A stretch of DNA of 64,000 nt from Phoronis australis (GCA_002633005.1 NMRA01000116.1:438035-502034), one strand, 5' to 3'. Shown: positions 1-15,000, counted from the stretch's first letter. Numbers and translations: made by a program. The notes: generated from the sequence alone by a model not told the origin.

Positions 1-3000
1 CAGTACAACAGCTTTTCAACAATGGCGAGAATGTTCGGATCGTCGAGCAAACTGACTTCAGCCTTCATGTTGCTTCTACAGTATTTTGACTGGAAAATAA
101 TTGGCAAGATTATTTTTATTTAATTCATTTAAAGGGTAACGCGTCATAATAAATACAACACCAAAACAATAATTAACGCGAGTAAAAAGACTACTGGCTA
201 TTTCTAATGAGTGAAACTTTAGATCTTATTTTACTGAGAGACCATTGTCCTCATTCTAGACACAGTTCTTAAAACCGTAAAGTCATATTCAGCGCCTTCT
301 TTAAAAACCTGAAGTTGTCTGACAACCCGTAGAAAATTTTGTAGTACGGGTCTGAATGTTGCTACACTCTGTAGCAAGTTAGGTTCCCTGTACGTTTCTA
401 ACTGTCAAGTTTTGTATTTATTTAAGTTTGTAGACGCAATACAAAACACGTTCACAAGCTACTTTAGAACCATTAGGCACCTAATGTTAACGACCAATGT
501 GGTCCACTGGTCTTCAGTTGGTGATAGCCGTGAGTTTGTTCCCCGTGCTTGCAAGAGAGAGGCGCCGAGTGAAGCCATAGGCTATGAAGCGTGCTTTTTA
601 CCATGAAACATAGTAGCACTCGCAGTAGTACTTAAATAGACCAGAGAGATTATACTAATCTATTGTTTATTGACTACTTGTTATTGTGGCAACAGGTATT
701 ATCATGAAGCAGAACGATCCGTGCCAAGCTGTCGTGAACGCCATCTTACGAGAGAATGGCACTGTTACAGTCGGTAGAGTAGAGAGGTATAACGACTTTT
801 CGCCGCACGTAACGCACATGCTGACAAACATTCAGGATCACTCAAGAGGTAGGGGTTTTTATAGTCAGATACTTTTTTGTGGAAAATGTGCCAAGCTAGA
901 TTTCTCTGAGGCATGTCATTTATTTTTTCAAAATCTTGCGTCTTTGCTGTCTTGTATTTTTACAATGTTGTATTTCTATGATAACGTCACATTGAAATTG
1001 GCCAATATCGCAAGTGACCGTATTTTCAACGAGTAGAAAGTTACTTTCTCAAAAAGGACGAATTTACTTGATACCATTAGGAGTATATCATCAACATGTT
1101 ACATGATCACTGTCTGGCCGGGATTTTGCGAGATTATCATGTTATAATTTTCGTACTTTTCAATACGTGATTACCCTAATTATACATGACGTAACTGAGG
1201 ATGTGTTCACGTTTTACCCTGTAGTTGTGTTTCTGTGCATGCCAAAGGAAGATGTGCGCACGCTTCTTTTGGAAGCCAAGGTTCAAGACATGACGTCAGA
1301 GGAATACATGTATATCGCTTACGAAATGCCACTGACAAACCCAACTGACGGGTTAGTTGAATCTTCGGAGGACGTCGAGTCAACTTTACCTAATTTATTG
1401 ACCATTGGAGAGATGAGTGACGTCAGCAATGGAGTGAAGGTTGAGTTTGAACGCAGAGTCAAAGATCAAGTAAAGAGAAACCCATTTAATACAAGGTTAA
1501 CGCCCGAAGACAAGGTAATAAACGTGAACCATTTACACATTCACATACAGATGACAAGCTTCACAGTATAAGTAAAACAGTAAAAGATAGTGATATTTCT
1601 TCACACTAACTGTCGGACTAGATCTATTTTATTTACAAAAGTGAATGTGCATTTTTGCGACAAGCAATATATATAAATTAAATTATACTCGACCATGTAT
1701 TTCTTAGTCATTAAACTTTGTTTTTCTTTATACAGGAAACTTGCCGATCCCGCTTTTCAAATTACAGAACTTTGCGTCTGTATCACGGTATTTGTGTAGA
1801 AAGTTTTAATTATTCTTTCACACATTTTTATTTCAGTCATTTGTACTGTTTCTAGGTGGATGAATATGCCCATTACTTGTATAACGCCGTGCTTCTTTAC
1901 GGATACGCCGCAAACAATTCCGTGGCACAAGGAAACCTGTCGTCCAAACTCACTTTGACTTCATTCAAAAGTATGTGGTAACTAAGTTATCATTAATATT
2001 TGATATATTAGATTAACTACTATTAATATTTAACATATTAGATTAATTAGCTATTTTATCTTATTAAGATAAAATAGCTAATTAAATATATCATGCATTA
2101 CCTTGCATGGATCTTGGATAAAAATGCTTTGCAGATCTGTGTTAGGGATTGTCAAAGAAATTTTCGAAATTGAATGTCTCGTGAAAAAGATCAACGCTAC
2201 GTAACAAGATAATGTATAGACTATTATTACGACTTTGCTTGACTTTTTAGCTTTGGTTGGCACGTCCATTCGCATCGACGAGAAAGGAGACCGCATTCCC
2301 AAATATGCCATAAAACATTTTCAAAAGGGCGCTTGGCAGACTGTGGCTACCATTACTGACAATGTGTTCGTTAATAAACGCGACATCCTTTGGCCAGGAG
2401 GACAAGAAAGTGCACCTAAAGATATCCCTCCATGTGGTTTTAAAGGCGACAGGTGTCCTGGTATGTTTATAAGAATAAATTGATCTGTGCGTTCCAAGAC
2501 CGACCTACCGATTTCACCTCAAATACTGAGCAACGGCTTGACTGACAGCAGACGTTTTTTTATTGTACCAAGTCGCACAGACTTGTACAAACGGCACTTA
2601 GTAGGCGTGACACACCAACCTCTACAAAGTTCTATTAGAAGGCGTGTCCCAAGAATTGTGGAGGATAGGGTTGGGCACCGGCTTCCGGGGCCGGTACTTT
2701 GCCCAAAAACGAACGAAAAATACCGCTACCGAAACGAAAAGTACTCGGTGCAAAAATCGATACCTTGAAAAATGAAAGAGTGGCGGATTTAGAGGGGGTC
2801 CAAGGGGGCCATGGCCCCTCTAAAATTTTCCCAGATTCCATTTGGCATTTCGGCATGTTCGAATGTCTGTCCGGCAAAATCCTGGGTAATACCCTGACCT
2901 GCCCCCCCCCCTCCAACTCAAAATCCTGGACCCACCCCTGGAAAGTGTGGCTGATTTATTTCCATGTTTTATTTTCCAATGCAGTCAACTATAACGTGAA

Positions 3001-6000
3001 ACAAACCCAGTGTGGAGAAAAACTCAAGTCAGTAAACAAACCCTGAATCTCTTGCCGACTACGTTCCTCAATCACATAGTTATTTGGCGATGAGACAGTC
3101 AAAAACCATAGCTCCAGCCCAGTAAGTATCAAAAGTTGTACCCGACATCATTCTCAATCCTCAGTCTGAAATTTGAGGCTATGACAAAAATATCCGAGGT
3201 CTTGAGACTGAGATAGGTCGTGACGGAGGCTGGATTGTCTTTATAAACAGTACTATACTAAAGTGTTAAGCATGGTAATGACAAACAGTGTCTTTTCATA
3301 ATAGTTGGAAAATGTGGTTGGCCGGCACCGACAAGATATGGGTGGCGTTATGTGGCGATCTATGAAACAATAATAGCCGTGGAAAAGAAAAACGTGTCAG
3401 TCACAAGTCAGGAACACTAATTAATGTAACAACGAGTTAGATTCTGAAGCCTTCCTCATGATGTTCACGTGGTCATATTTCGTTCCAGGAGCGATTATTG
3501 CCATTGTACTGTCTTCAATAATAACCGTGATCCTGCTGGCTATTGGTTTGGTTATATGCAGGTATGAAACTGTGTTGTACTTCGCCCTCTCTAGTTCTCT
3601 CTCGACGTATTTCGAGCTCTTAATGAAGATACCAAACCGGCAGCTGATCACGTACTCACAAAAATGATCATTGTTGTTTCACGAGACTGACTTATTTTTT
3701 AATGGAAGTCTGCCGTGCGCCATTTTCGAATTTCTGGGTTGGCAAACCGCAAAATACTGTCGACTTTCCGACCCATTTCTTGACCTGTTGAGGGTTTGTA
3801 TGTTCTTCTTAGTAAAAATGTCCTATCATGGCAAGGAAAATTTGGAAACCGACTTTATAAGAGTAAAAGGCCAAATGCGATTTTCGTTTTTAGCTATATG
3901 AGCTAATCAGGGCGAAATACAGCTTTAATATTTCACAACTAAACTATTACGCAATAGCACGATTTGGATGAAAATTAAACGACATCTAGACAACGAAATT
4001 GTATTTATTGTATCTCTAAATATGTAAATATGTACATTTGTGATATTTTGACGCCCAGATATTATGCTTTCTGGGCTCAATTCTTATTATTGTACATTAT
4101 ATTCTTTGTAATAATCATTATGTAAAAAACATGTTAGATGTGTATCAATATAAAAACAGTCTCAGTATTTGCCTTATATCGCTCGATGAATATCTTCGAC
4201 ATGATGCATTCTACCTGAACGTATCACCACTCATTGACGGTAGATCCCAATGCTTGAATGAATAAATATTTAGGCGTATGTTTATCACCTTAGACGAAAG
4301 CAGCAAAAAAGAAGTGCCAAAAAGAATGCCTGGCTCGTAGACTATAGTGAGATTAGATTTCGTAAGCAGCGTGTGACTAGTTCTGCTGATCGGCCCATCA
4401 CTCCTGGATCCGCCACCGGGCCTCACCCAAGAAAGAAATTAGTGAGAACTGTAAGTATCCCTCACGGTTATCTACTTTGACATTATACCCACCTATGTTA
4501 AGTTGCCATTTAGTTACTATGTATCGTTTCATCTAGATAGGTGCGTGCCGGCATTGCCGAATCTGTAATCTGGAATCTTGTAATTTTACACGTATGTTTT
4601 ACCGTTTTCCCTAAACGCACAATGTTAAACTGTAATAGGATATGAGAAATACAACAATTTTCAAATGTATGAAAACTGTTTTTCTCTTGGAATATACTGC
4701 AGAACGCTTTTACTGTCGCATGCAATTTTTTTGTAAAAATACGTCACGGTAGTTATTACACCATAAAGAATGACGTAACAAATACTCATTCGTAAATTAT
4801 TATACACGTGATTATTCATGACAGAACAAGATTGCTATTTTGGTTAGTGGAGGTGTAGGGCCTCACACAAATAGTTGGGATGATTACAAACAAAAAAGAT
4901 ATCCTGAAGAGGACGAATGAGAGACTCAAACTGTACATAGCCCAGGAGCGAGCGAAAAACAGAATTGAAGAATTACGAGAGGCACTTAGAGACGTCATTC
5001 CGGATGAGAATGAGTATGAATCGGCAGACGACCGTTACCAGATGGTATCCGCAAGAGACGAATTAACTCCGTCTGCATATTCTGAGGATGCCGAAAAACG
5101 GTCACAACAAAACAAAAATTCAAGTAACAACAATGCACATTTGAGTGCCAGTCGAGAGCCACAAAGAGACATCATCCTGCACGAGGATGAGACGCATAAC
5201 AGCAATACAAATTGTTCGAGTGGTCGTCAAGAGTCACAAAGTAATACCAACCCGGACGACATAAAGTTGGGAGGGGATTTTGACGGGGTGGAGACTAAAA
5301 GTAACGCCTCACCTCCTCCTGGTTGCTTTGGTGACGCCGAAAAAGGGATATTATGTAAGAGGGCAACATGTAAGAATAACAACCAGGAACCACATAGAGA
5401 CATCCTGTTGAGAGGCAACAGTCACGAGGTCAAGAGTAACGAGTCACCTCTACCTGGATGTTCTGTTGTTGGCAAAAAACGAACAAAACAAAAGCGACCT
5501 TTCCGTAACAACCGTGTCCATTGTTTGAACGTTAGTCAAGAGCCACATAGAATCACCACACCGCGAAACTTCGATAGTTTGGAATGTCACGAATACGAGG
5601 GCTTAGCTGAGGATGGCGAGTTATCACCGCCTGCATCCTCTGGACATTCCAATGGATGTGAAGATAATAGCAATCTGAACTCCGCGATGAGCCTGAGATC
5701 GCTTACAGACGGTACTCTACATATGTTCCCGGAAGAAGTTACAGAAACTCGATTCTTGCCAGTACCTGGTATGAGCGAGGACGCAGATGGCTTAGACCGA
5801 CAAGGCGATATCCAAAAGTTATCAGTTTTTCAAAGAGCATTTCGTAAAGTGAAATCAGTATTTACTATGAAAAAACGTAGCAGAAACAACATAAATTGGT
5901 ATGGATATGAACCTGATTTTTCCTTTCCAACTTTCAAAACGTCACCGCTACACAATCTGTCAGACTTTCCTATTAACGTTGGTGAGACTGTTGTTCACGA

Positions 6001-9000
6001 CCCCATGAGTTACAATTACGTTTATCGTGACGGAAAGCCCGTCCTCATTGATCGAGGGAATTATGGCTGTATGTTTCTAGTTGAGCGACAGAAGATGTTT
6101 TACGCCCTAAAAGTATTTTGTAAAGAATCGTCATCTTTTTATGAGGTCAGGAGAGAGGTTGAAATGTTCCAATTTGTCAATGAGAAAGGAATCGGGCCTC
6201 AACTTCGAGGGGTTTTCCCGTTAGAGGAAAACGCGATTCACTATTCGTGGGGAATTTTATTTGACATAGCAGGAAACAATAGCTGCAGAGGGAAAACACT
6301 TCGTGAACTTCTTAGCGAATACAAGAAGGAAAAGCCTGGATTTACTCGGCTGAGGGATCAAGACTGGCTTGACATCTTGATCACAATATGTGAACAAATT
6401 AATGCTCTAAACAGAGCAGGCGTTGTGCTGAGAGCCATGAATCCGGACAGCATTGTAGTTATCAAAGTTAATGGTGTGTACAAGGCGCAGTTTTTGGACG
6501 TTCGAGACGCAACGCTGTTGAAGGAAAATCCTTGTACAACTCACTACGGCGACTTTATTAAGGTGTGCGAGCTCATGGGTCTTATCAACTGGGAGACCCA
6601 ATCTAACAAGAGATTCCACGATGCGTCCCAACTGATATCTCAGGGATCAGAGAAAGCTCATTGGGAACATGTCATCGAGGCCCTGAGGACGGAAAGGAGC
6701 GCCACCTGTTCTCTCTTTAAAAAGTGGTTTCTTTGTCGGAAACAGTAGTAACTCTCCCCTACAATGCAAGTTTGGCATGAATGTGTCGAAGCCTAGTCTT
6801 GGCATTATGTCTACCGCAAAACATCGGATCCGCGCACACCGGACTTTTCGAAGCGCCTGATCGACCACAGCAACGGACGATAAACCTGAATTTCGAACGC
6901 ACCGTAGTTTAGACATTTATGTGGCCAACTTGTAAAGTTGCTGATGTGGTGCCGATGGCATACATATGACTGTCTTCTGACTGGGCTGGAGTATTTACAG
7001 CCATTACCACAAATTTGATCTAATATTGATAAGACTTTCTTTGACTTGCTTTAATTTTTCGATATTAATAAAAGTCGGCCAATGGTACTTATCCAGTTGT
7101 AATTATTTATTTATGAAGTATTTATTCCTCTTTTAGCCCCTATACGGAAAGCAGTATTTTTGAAAAGAGAGTGTATTACAACGGTAATGGCAGTGCCATC
7201 AGTCGCCTCTTCATGGATTTTTCTCTTAATAAGTTTTACGGGGTTTAAACTCCGCAATATGTTTTCTAAAGAATTGAATTTGAGGTAACGACTCCCTGGG
7301 TTCAACTTAATTATTATGTTGTAATAAACACCAAAAACTGTTGCATAACATTTTGTATAGTTCTCTATTCTTCAGCAAAACTGGTCCTCTTCCTAGCTCA
7401 TGAAGTAGACACTTAGGAAGGTGTTTTCACTCATAGGGATACATTTTCAGCTTATAATTCAGAGAAGTCACCCCCAAGTTAATAAGTCCATGCGATATGG
7501 CTGTGAAAAACACACATTTGAAGTGTAGGTCCCTTGCGTGCCTCTTAAATGAGTATCCACTTGTCGCCAGCAAAAATTTAGAAAATTCACTCCGCCACGC
7601 AGCGTACACGTACATGCCATAACGCGCATTGGAATACAACTGGTTCAATCAGGTTGCGTTGCGATAGCACTCCAAAGCATTTAGGGCGATCGCATCAACG
7701 GTGATTTTCCGGGTTAAAGAACGTCAGTAAAACTGCCTGCCTCTGTGTTCAAACCGTATTTAAGATTTTTTTTGTTTGAGAAAACCTGCAAAAGGGGTGT
7801 AATGATATAAAATATGCATAGTTTCGACTCGCGTAGTTGAGAAGCACGCATAACAGTCAAAATTTATGTACATATTTTTTTTGTAATAAGAATAATCATC
7901 AGTGTGGCTTTGCGAGAAGGGTAATTAGTAGTGCTGTCTGCTTTTTATCTAAAATAAAAGCTTTTTACGTCGTTTTTGCAAGACAGTTACACGTTTTAAG
8001 AGGCCTCCTATTGGTGGTTGAGGCAACCGAGAACAGGCAAATAGGACGAAGTGCAGTTCGTATAATGCTTCGTAAGTTACCTAAAACTACTGGGAGGTAA
8101 GATTTTTTACTTTGGATTATGAAGTGGTTATGAATGACTAAACAAACTGTTACAAGGTCAGTTTTTGAAAAGGTGCAATATGGCTGCTAAAAAGTGCCAA
8201 AGTTGGCCGAAAATAGCTGCAGTGAAAACCTGCAAAATAGCCGTTTTTGCCACACAAAATCAAAACATACAAATTTTTAAAACAAATTTTGAAAGATATG
8301 ACATTAAATTATTCAATCACAGTCCTTTAATACCGTATCACTCATTTGTTATCAGCTTACTATACATGCTAGTAAAACGCATTAAAACATGTCTACTTCG
8401 GCGCCCAATTTCGTAGGTGCATGTCACAAAAAGAGAAATACTGGATGAAAATTCTTAAAAAGCAATTTTTTTTTACATCTCACCAAATCAAACTCATGTG
8501 CTAAGTCTTAAAAAAAATCTGCGATTTTGGGTATAGGTTCTACCTGTTGGTTTTTACATGGAGTCGCTCTTATCTTTTGATTTAGGCCACTTATAGTTAC
8601 ATCCCGACCCAAATTGAAGTGATTTCTGGACTTGGAAAAGACCTACAGTTCGTTTAGTGCTTGAGATTAGGCTCGAAATGTCGACGTGCCACGGGAATCA
8701 TTTTAATAGCTAAGTAAAGTCTCAGGGAAAAACAAACTGCCAGCTCCTTCCAAGCCCAGTAGTCTACGTCCCATCTGAATAAGCCCAATGCTGAGACCAA
8801 TGTTACATAGCAATAATATTGACTTGAATAAAATGTCCGTTTGTTGTCGGAACACGCGCTTAGGACATTTTTAATATCAATTTTTTTTTCTTCCAGTCAA
8901 CTCGTGCAACGTTAGGCTTAGGTTCTTTGTGTAGTTTAGACAAGACACAGCAAATTTTTGCCTCGATTGCGCATTATAGGGTAAGTACAGTTCTAAATCA

Positions 9001-12000
9001 AACAATTTCGTGAAGTAATTTGACCAGTGACAATTCCGCTAATCTATGTCGTTTTAACTGTTTGTGAAACTAAGAAAGTTAAGCACTAAACATTTGACCT
9101 AAGTTTGTTTTTATCAAAGTTACGAGATACGAAGGGTTGACATATTTCATCATTATCGCCATGTTGCCATTCCCGCTTCCCCGATTTTTTGGCCGTTACC
9201 CGATTCCTGGCGTCAAATTCGTTTCGATCTCAGTACCAATAAATCTCCATTCCCTAAATACGGCATTTTTGTCTATATTTCCGTTATCACGGCCACACAA
9301 AGGGCCCGACCACGATTCCCGAAAAAAGTGTTTTCCCTCTTAGACTATTGGTTTCTATAAGCCAACGCTCGCTGTACGTGTTTATTCTCCCTGGATCGTT
9401 TTCTAGGGAAATGTTCATTTTTCTATCTATGTTGTGTCATTTTCTTCTTCGTTACTGTAGGCTAAAATTGTAGCGGTGAAGAAACTTAAACGGGGGTCAT
9501 TAAAAATGACCCGACAAGCTGACAAGGACTTCCGTTGCTTACGAGAATTGCACCACGAGAACTTGAACCCATTCATAGGGGTCGCTGTCAACGAGAACAA
9601 TCCATGTGTTCTCCTACTGTATTGCTCTAAAGGCAGCCTTCAGGACGTATTGGAGAATGATGATATTAACCTGGACTGGATGTTCAAGATGTCTTTTACA
9701 ACAGACTTAGCAAAAGTAAGTCAAAGTACCCCCAAAATACATGTAAAATGAGTGAAACGTACAAATAAAACAGTTCGTGGTTCACGGGTTGGACAGAATG
9801 TCACTGCAATTTTTATGATAATTCTATTTTATTAGCTGCGAATCGAAAGTAAATCGCTTATCCCATAAACGCTACAACAAAAACAATGCAGATCCCCCTT
9901 AATAACAGTGTTACACGAATGCTGCATATCTTTCAGGGAATGGAGTATTTACATAAAAGCGCAATTCGTTCTCATGGCAATTTGAAGTCGACAAATTGCG
10001 TTATAGACAATAGATGGGTGCTTAAAGTTACTGACTACGGGTTATTAACGGAGTACATTGACAAGCGAGAAGATGAGATGGGCGACCACGCATATTATAC
10101 CAGTGAGTTACTTTGAGTAAATTAATGGCTGACTCCAGACCGATGAGAAAACATTTGGAAATTAAATGCCACATAGTGTGCAGAAGTAATAAAATTCTTT
10201 TCAAAATGTTGACAGCATGTCTTCTCAAAATTATGTTGACACTCACAAACTTCCTTATTCCACAAAATAAATATCCTGTTGATCTTCTAGCAACTGAGTC
10301 ACTTCTTGTTCGAACTTACAAAAAAATGTCGGAAGACCAGAAAGTTTACCGTATTAAACGCATATCGTAGAAATCGCAGCAGAGGTCCACTGTCTAACAA
10401 ATGTCTGCAAAAAGTGAATGTTCTTATCACAGGCTTACTATGGACAGCCCCTGAACTTTTGAGAGAGAAAAAGCCAGTCGAGCGTGGGACTCAAAAGGGT
10501 GATGTTTACAGTTTCGCTATCGTCTTTTATGAAATCATGCAACGTGCCAGTCCCTATCAGTATAACGACCGATCTCCAGACGGTAGGTTTCAACCCGCTG
10601 ATAACAGAAAAAGACTAGAATGCTACAAATGGGAATTTTTATTTAACGTACTTCTTTGAAGAAAATTTTTTCTTAGATTAACTGTAATTCATTCTGATGC
10701 ACTACCTTATGACAACACTTTTAAATATTTAAACTGCATCGCAATAAGTACGATTCTAAAGTAATTTAGTTAAATTTTAGATAAATCAGTGCGTCAAGAT
10801 TTATATAACGCTCAGAAATGTTCTACTGTGATCTCTAATGAAATTATAGAATACATTAAACATTGACATTACGGAAAATTCGATATAGTAAATATATAAA
10901 CGCTGATGTTGGTCAATGGTGAAATATATCAAATAAACACAGAAAAATCAGGAACTACAGCCGGGGGTTCTTGGTTTTTCCGTAAAAATTATTTAAGTAT
11001 TAAATTATTTTATGTAAGCTATACTGCCTCCTCCTCATTATCATATTGTTTGGATTCTCTGGTCAGTGACCCTCTTTGTTTTACGATTATTGGTTTAATT
11101 GTACCACGTGATCTCTTTGTCTTGTTGCAACACTGGGCCATCGTCCACAATTCTCTCCAACTTTCATTTTTCACTCAATTTCTCTTCAATTTCCCACCTT
11201 TACAGTGCAATATGTTATATAACTTTTGTAATTACTGATATCTGTAGTAGTTTAGTTTGTCATAATATATATGACCTTTTATCTCAACTACATGTGTTGT
11301 TTCACTGTAAACTAGCTTCGGTATCGCTTCGCAGTTAGCGCATATAAAATTCGATGACTAATAACCGGTATAGCATATTTGTGCGAAAATGCCCGAGTGC
11401 ACACTGGTTTTGAATTTTCTCAGACGTCGTGGCGGAACTATTAGACGGATGCCTACCCCACTGCCGTCCCGTCATCTTGCCAGACGCCGACACTACGCGC
11501 GATGACGTCAGACACTTGATGAGAATCTGCTGGGAAGAAGAACCTGAGGATAGGCCAGATTTCTCAGAAATCAGACGAAAACTGCGGTTTATTAACGGCG
11601 GAAAGTAAGCAATGTTTTTGATTACAGTCCATTTATCTTTATGTACTATTTTTAGGCAGAGACACACTGCCATACTGCGTTACCACCAATGATTGATAAA
11701 GCCATTTCGTATGATGTGAGACAAGATAGATAGTTTTTGAATTTTTGGAAAATAAATATTAAGGATGTCTAAAGTCTTATCATTTCGAAATCAAATCTGC
11801 GTACTATGCTCAAACTGTTTCTGATTTTGTGTAGTTCTGAATTTTATTTGTTTTTAAAAACACGTAGCAACACAATTTTAACCGTCATAGAATTTGATGA
11901 TTTTTAGCATGTTAAAATATTTGCTCAAATTATCATCATCATCATCATCTTCATCGTTATTATTAGTACCTTTATTTTTAATTTATTTTATTTTTAATTT

Positions 12001-15000
12001 ATTTAATATCAGTGGCGTCTTTGGGGGGGGGGCAAGGGGGCCATGGCCCCCCTAAAATTCTCCCAGATGCCATTTGGCAGTTCCTGTGCCCTGCCCCCAA
12101 CTCAAAATCCTGGATCCGCCCTTAAATATCATATAATTATTGACTGAGGTCATTATCACATTTTTGGGGTCCGAAAATCAAAATATTAACGAGTGTGAAA
12201 GTGAATACAGGTTTTATTATATGATTACATCCGCTAGGTAATTCGTGGAAGGTGACTATGGTCGTATCTAGAGCACTTGGTCGGCCAATTAGCTTAGCCT
12301 ACCCGTTTTCTATCCAAAACGTTGTGGAGAGGTTTTGAAAAACTTCCAGATGTTTGGAATTTACAAAGGAGCAATCGATTATATTTTGGGAATTATATCA
12401 TGTTTTGGGGTCTTTCAAAGTTCGCTTTTAATGTAAAACAATCGACAAAAGCCATTTGGTTACGCTATGAGATCGCAAGGGGGCGTCAACACGCTCATAG
12501 TGCAAGCGCTGAAATTCCCACAAATGACGTGTATTGAAAGACAGTGAAAAAGTTTAACCTTTGAAAACACACCTTCTGTAAAATGGCAGAATGGTGAGGA
12601 CTGCGATGCCTTGATGCAGGTATGCATTCACCTGACGGTTAACATTTTACGGTAATTCAAAAACAAAAATAACCTCAGACTCCGAATAAAATAAAAAGGC
12701 TCAAAAGATTTTCGTGTTCGATGACGTTAGCTGGTGACAAAGTGGTTAGGTTGAGGTTTGAGAATTGAGAGGGACCGGGATCGAAAAAAGTCTTAAACAA
12801 AATGTGAAACGGTGTTACCATAGTAACGGTAAATATTACGATTTATTGACTCCGCAATACTGATTTGTAATTCCATAATCTGTCCAATGTAGCTGAGATG
12901 GATAGTGATTCTAATAAATCAGTCTTAGATGGCCAAACGCACGTTTAATATCCCTGTTGCAGAAAAATGTAGGACAATCAGTGTTTAGGTTTATCAGATT
13001 CTAATACGTTTCGTATTTCTGTAACAGAAAAATTAACATAGTTGACAACATGATCAAGATGATGGAGGCGTATACGGAGAACTTGGAGGAGCTGGTAGCA
13101 GAACGGACAGAAGAATTGGAGATGGAGAAGGAGAAGACGGACATGTTACTCTTCAGGTAAACAGTGGGCAAATAATGGCATTAGTTCGAGAAGAACGTCA
13201 TTTAGCATTCCTTGAACTGCTGAGGAATGTGACCACAGTTGAGTATGAGCGACATTGTTAGAAATGGTAATTCATGCACTGTGCACTAAGATCATACTTC
13301 GTTCAGTGTATGTTAATAAGTTTTAAAAAGCGTAATTTTTGCCTCTCGGTGAGCAAATATGACATCTTTAGAAAAAAGTACCACCTTAAGTTTGTTTTGT
13401 CACGGCGGGTTTGTTTCTGTCGCCAAAGCAATGTGGCCATGAAGAGAATCCCAGGCATTTTATTGCAATTGTTTTCAGTTCAAAGTAAGGATGATAACAA
13501 AACAGCATTGCTTTGGAAGCGCAAATACCCCTATGAAGAAAGATGTCACAAGAGCGTGGTTTAGTACACGCTTTAATGTAACAGTGTCAAATAGCAGATA
13601 AATTGACGTTGATGGTAACATGAAACAGTGAAAGCAAATTAACTGATGTTGACAGAAAACAATATACTTCCGTTTCTCACTAGTCAGTGGAGTGATTCAC
13701 AAAGCCCACCGAAACAAGTTTGCGATGGCATCACGGGTCAAGACTGGAACTGTATATCTAACCAGCTTTGTAAAAAAGATACGTGGCTTGCTGCAAATTA
13801 TTTCTCTAAATGAACGAATCCAAAACACGTATTGCTGCTTTTCAGAATGTTACCCCCTTGTGTTGCCGAGCAGTTGAAGAGAGGTGAGCCAGTGATACCG
13901 GAGACCTACGATGCCGTCTCGATATTCTTCTCCGATATTGTTGGCTTCACATCAATCTCCGCCAAAAGCTCTCCCTTGCAGGTAAGTTTCGAAAGTGAAC
14001 GAAGACAGGTAAAGAAAAGATAAAACCTGGGGAAACACCGATTCCTTTACAAATATCAGTTTGGATTCAGTCAGAACAGAAAGACCACAATATAGATTGT
14101 ACAGCTACGACGTAGGCAGAATTTTAGCCTATGAAATAAAAAGAAAGAACTCTACAAAACCACGTATCACACTAACTAGACAATAACATCTTTGATTTTC
14201 AGGTAGTCGACCTACTGAATGACCTATATACCTGCTTTGACGAAATAATAGCTCAACATGACGTTTATAAGGTAAGAAAATGTCCATAATGAAGAAGTGA
14301 GAAATGGTTTACCAGTCATTCAACTTCAAAATTGTTTCTGTAAAGAAAAAAATCCGATTTCTACAAATTAATGTACCCCTAATAATTCTCTTTAACTAGG
14401 TGGAAACAATTGGTGACGCGTACATGTGCGTGAGTGGTCTTCCTCAGCGAAACGGCGATCGCCATGCAGGTGAAATAGCCAACATGGCGTTGGATCTCCT
14501 CAGCGCTGTGACCAACTTCAAAATCAGACACATGTCAGATCAGCACTTGCAGCTTAGGGTTGGCCTGCATACGGGACCCTGTGTGGCGGGCGTCGTCGGG
14601 GTAACCATGCCGCGATATTGTCTGTTTGGCGACACAGTCAACATGGCATCCAGAATGGAATCAACCGGCCTCGGTATGAATTTTTCAAATAATATGACTT
14701 TCGAATTGTCCAGATTGAGTTATGTATGAAAAAATAGGTGAAATGTTGGCCTACAGAGCTAGCGCACGGATGACATGTAATAGCCTATGACGTCATATCG
14801 GTTGCAGTTCAATAGTAAAAACTTTAAACTAGAATTATCCACGCTTATCTAAAAATCAGTTATTGAAAGATAATAATATTACAATGGCTTCGTACTTTTA
14901 ATAAAAATTCGTTCGCAAAGGATTTATAAAAATTAAGTCAAAAAGATAGATTTCTGTAAGTTGAGACTTTGTTCATGTTTAAGTCCTCAGTAAAGCTAAC

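Noticed and set aside
4940-5003. bHLH-helix-like [19 protein letters not shown] at the pseudokinase N-terminus
   Set aside because: No basic region or second helix; a simple coiled coil explains it.
7137-7284. Candidate extra cyclase exon
   Set aside because: Not needed: 4450 joins 8897 in phase, and its translations have no family resemblance.
7284-8572. Possible old DNA transposon with degenerate inverted ends
   Set aside because: End similarity is too weak to define boundaries by eye.
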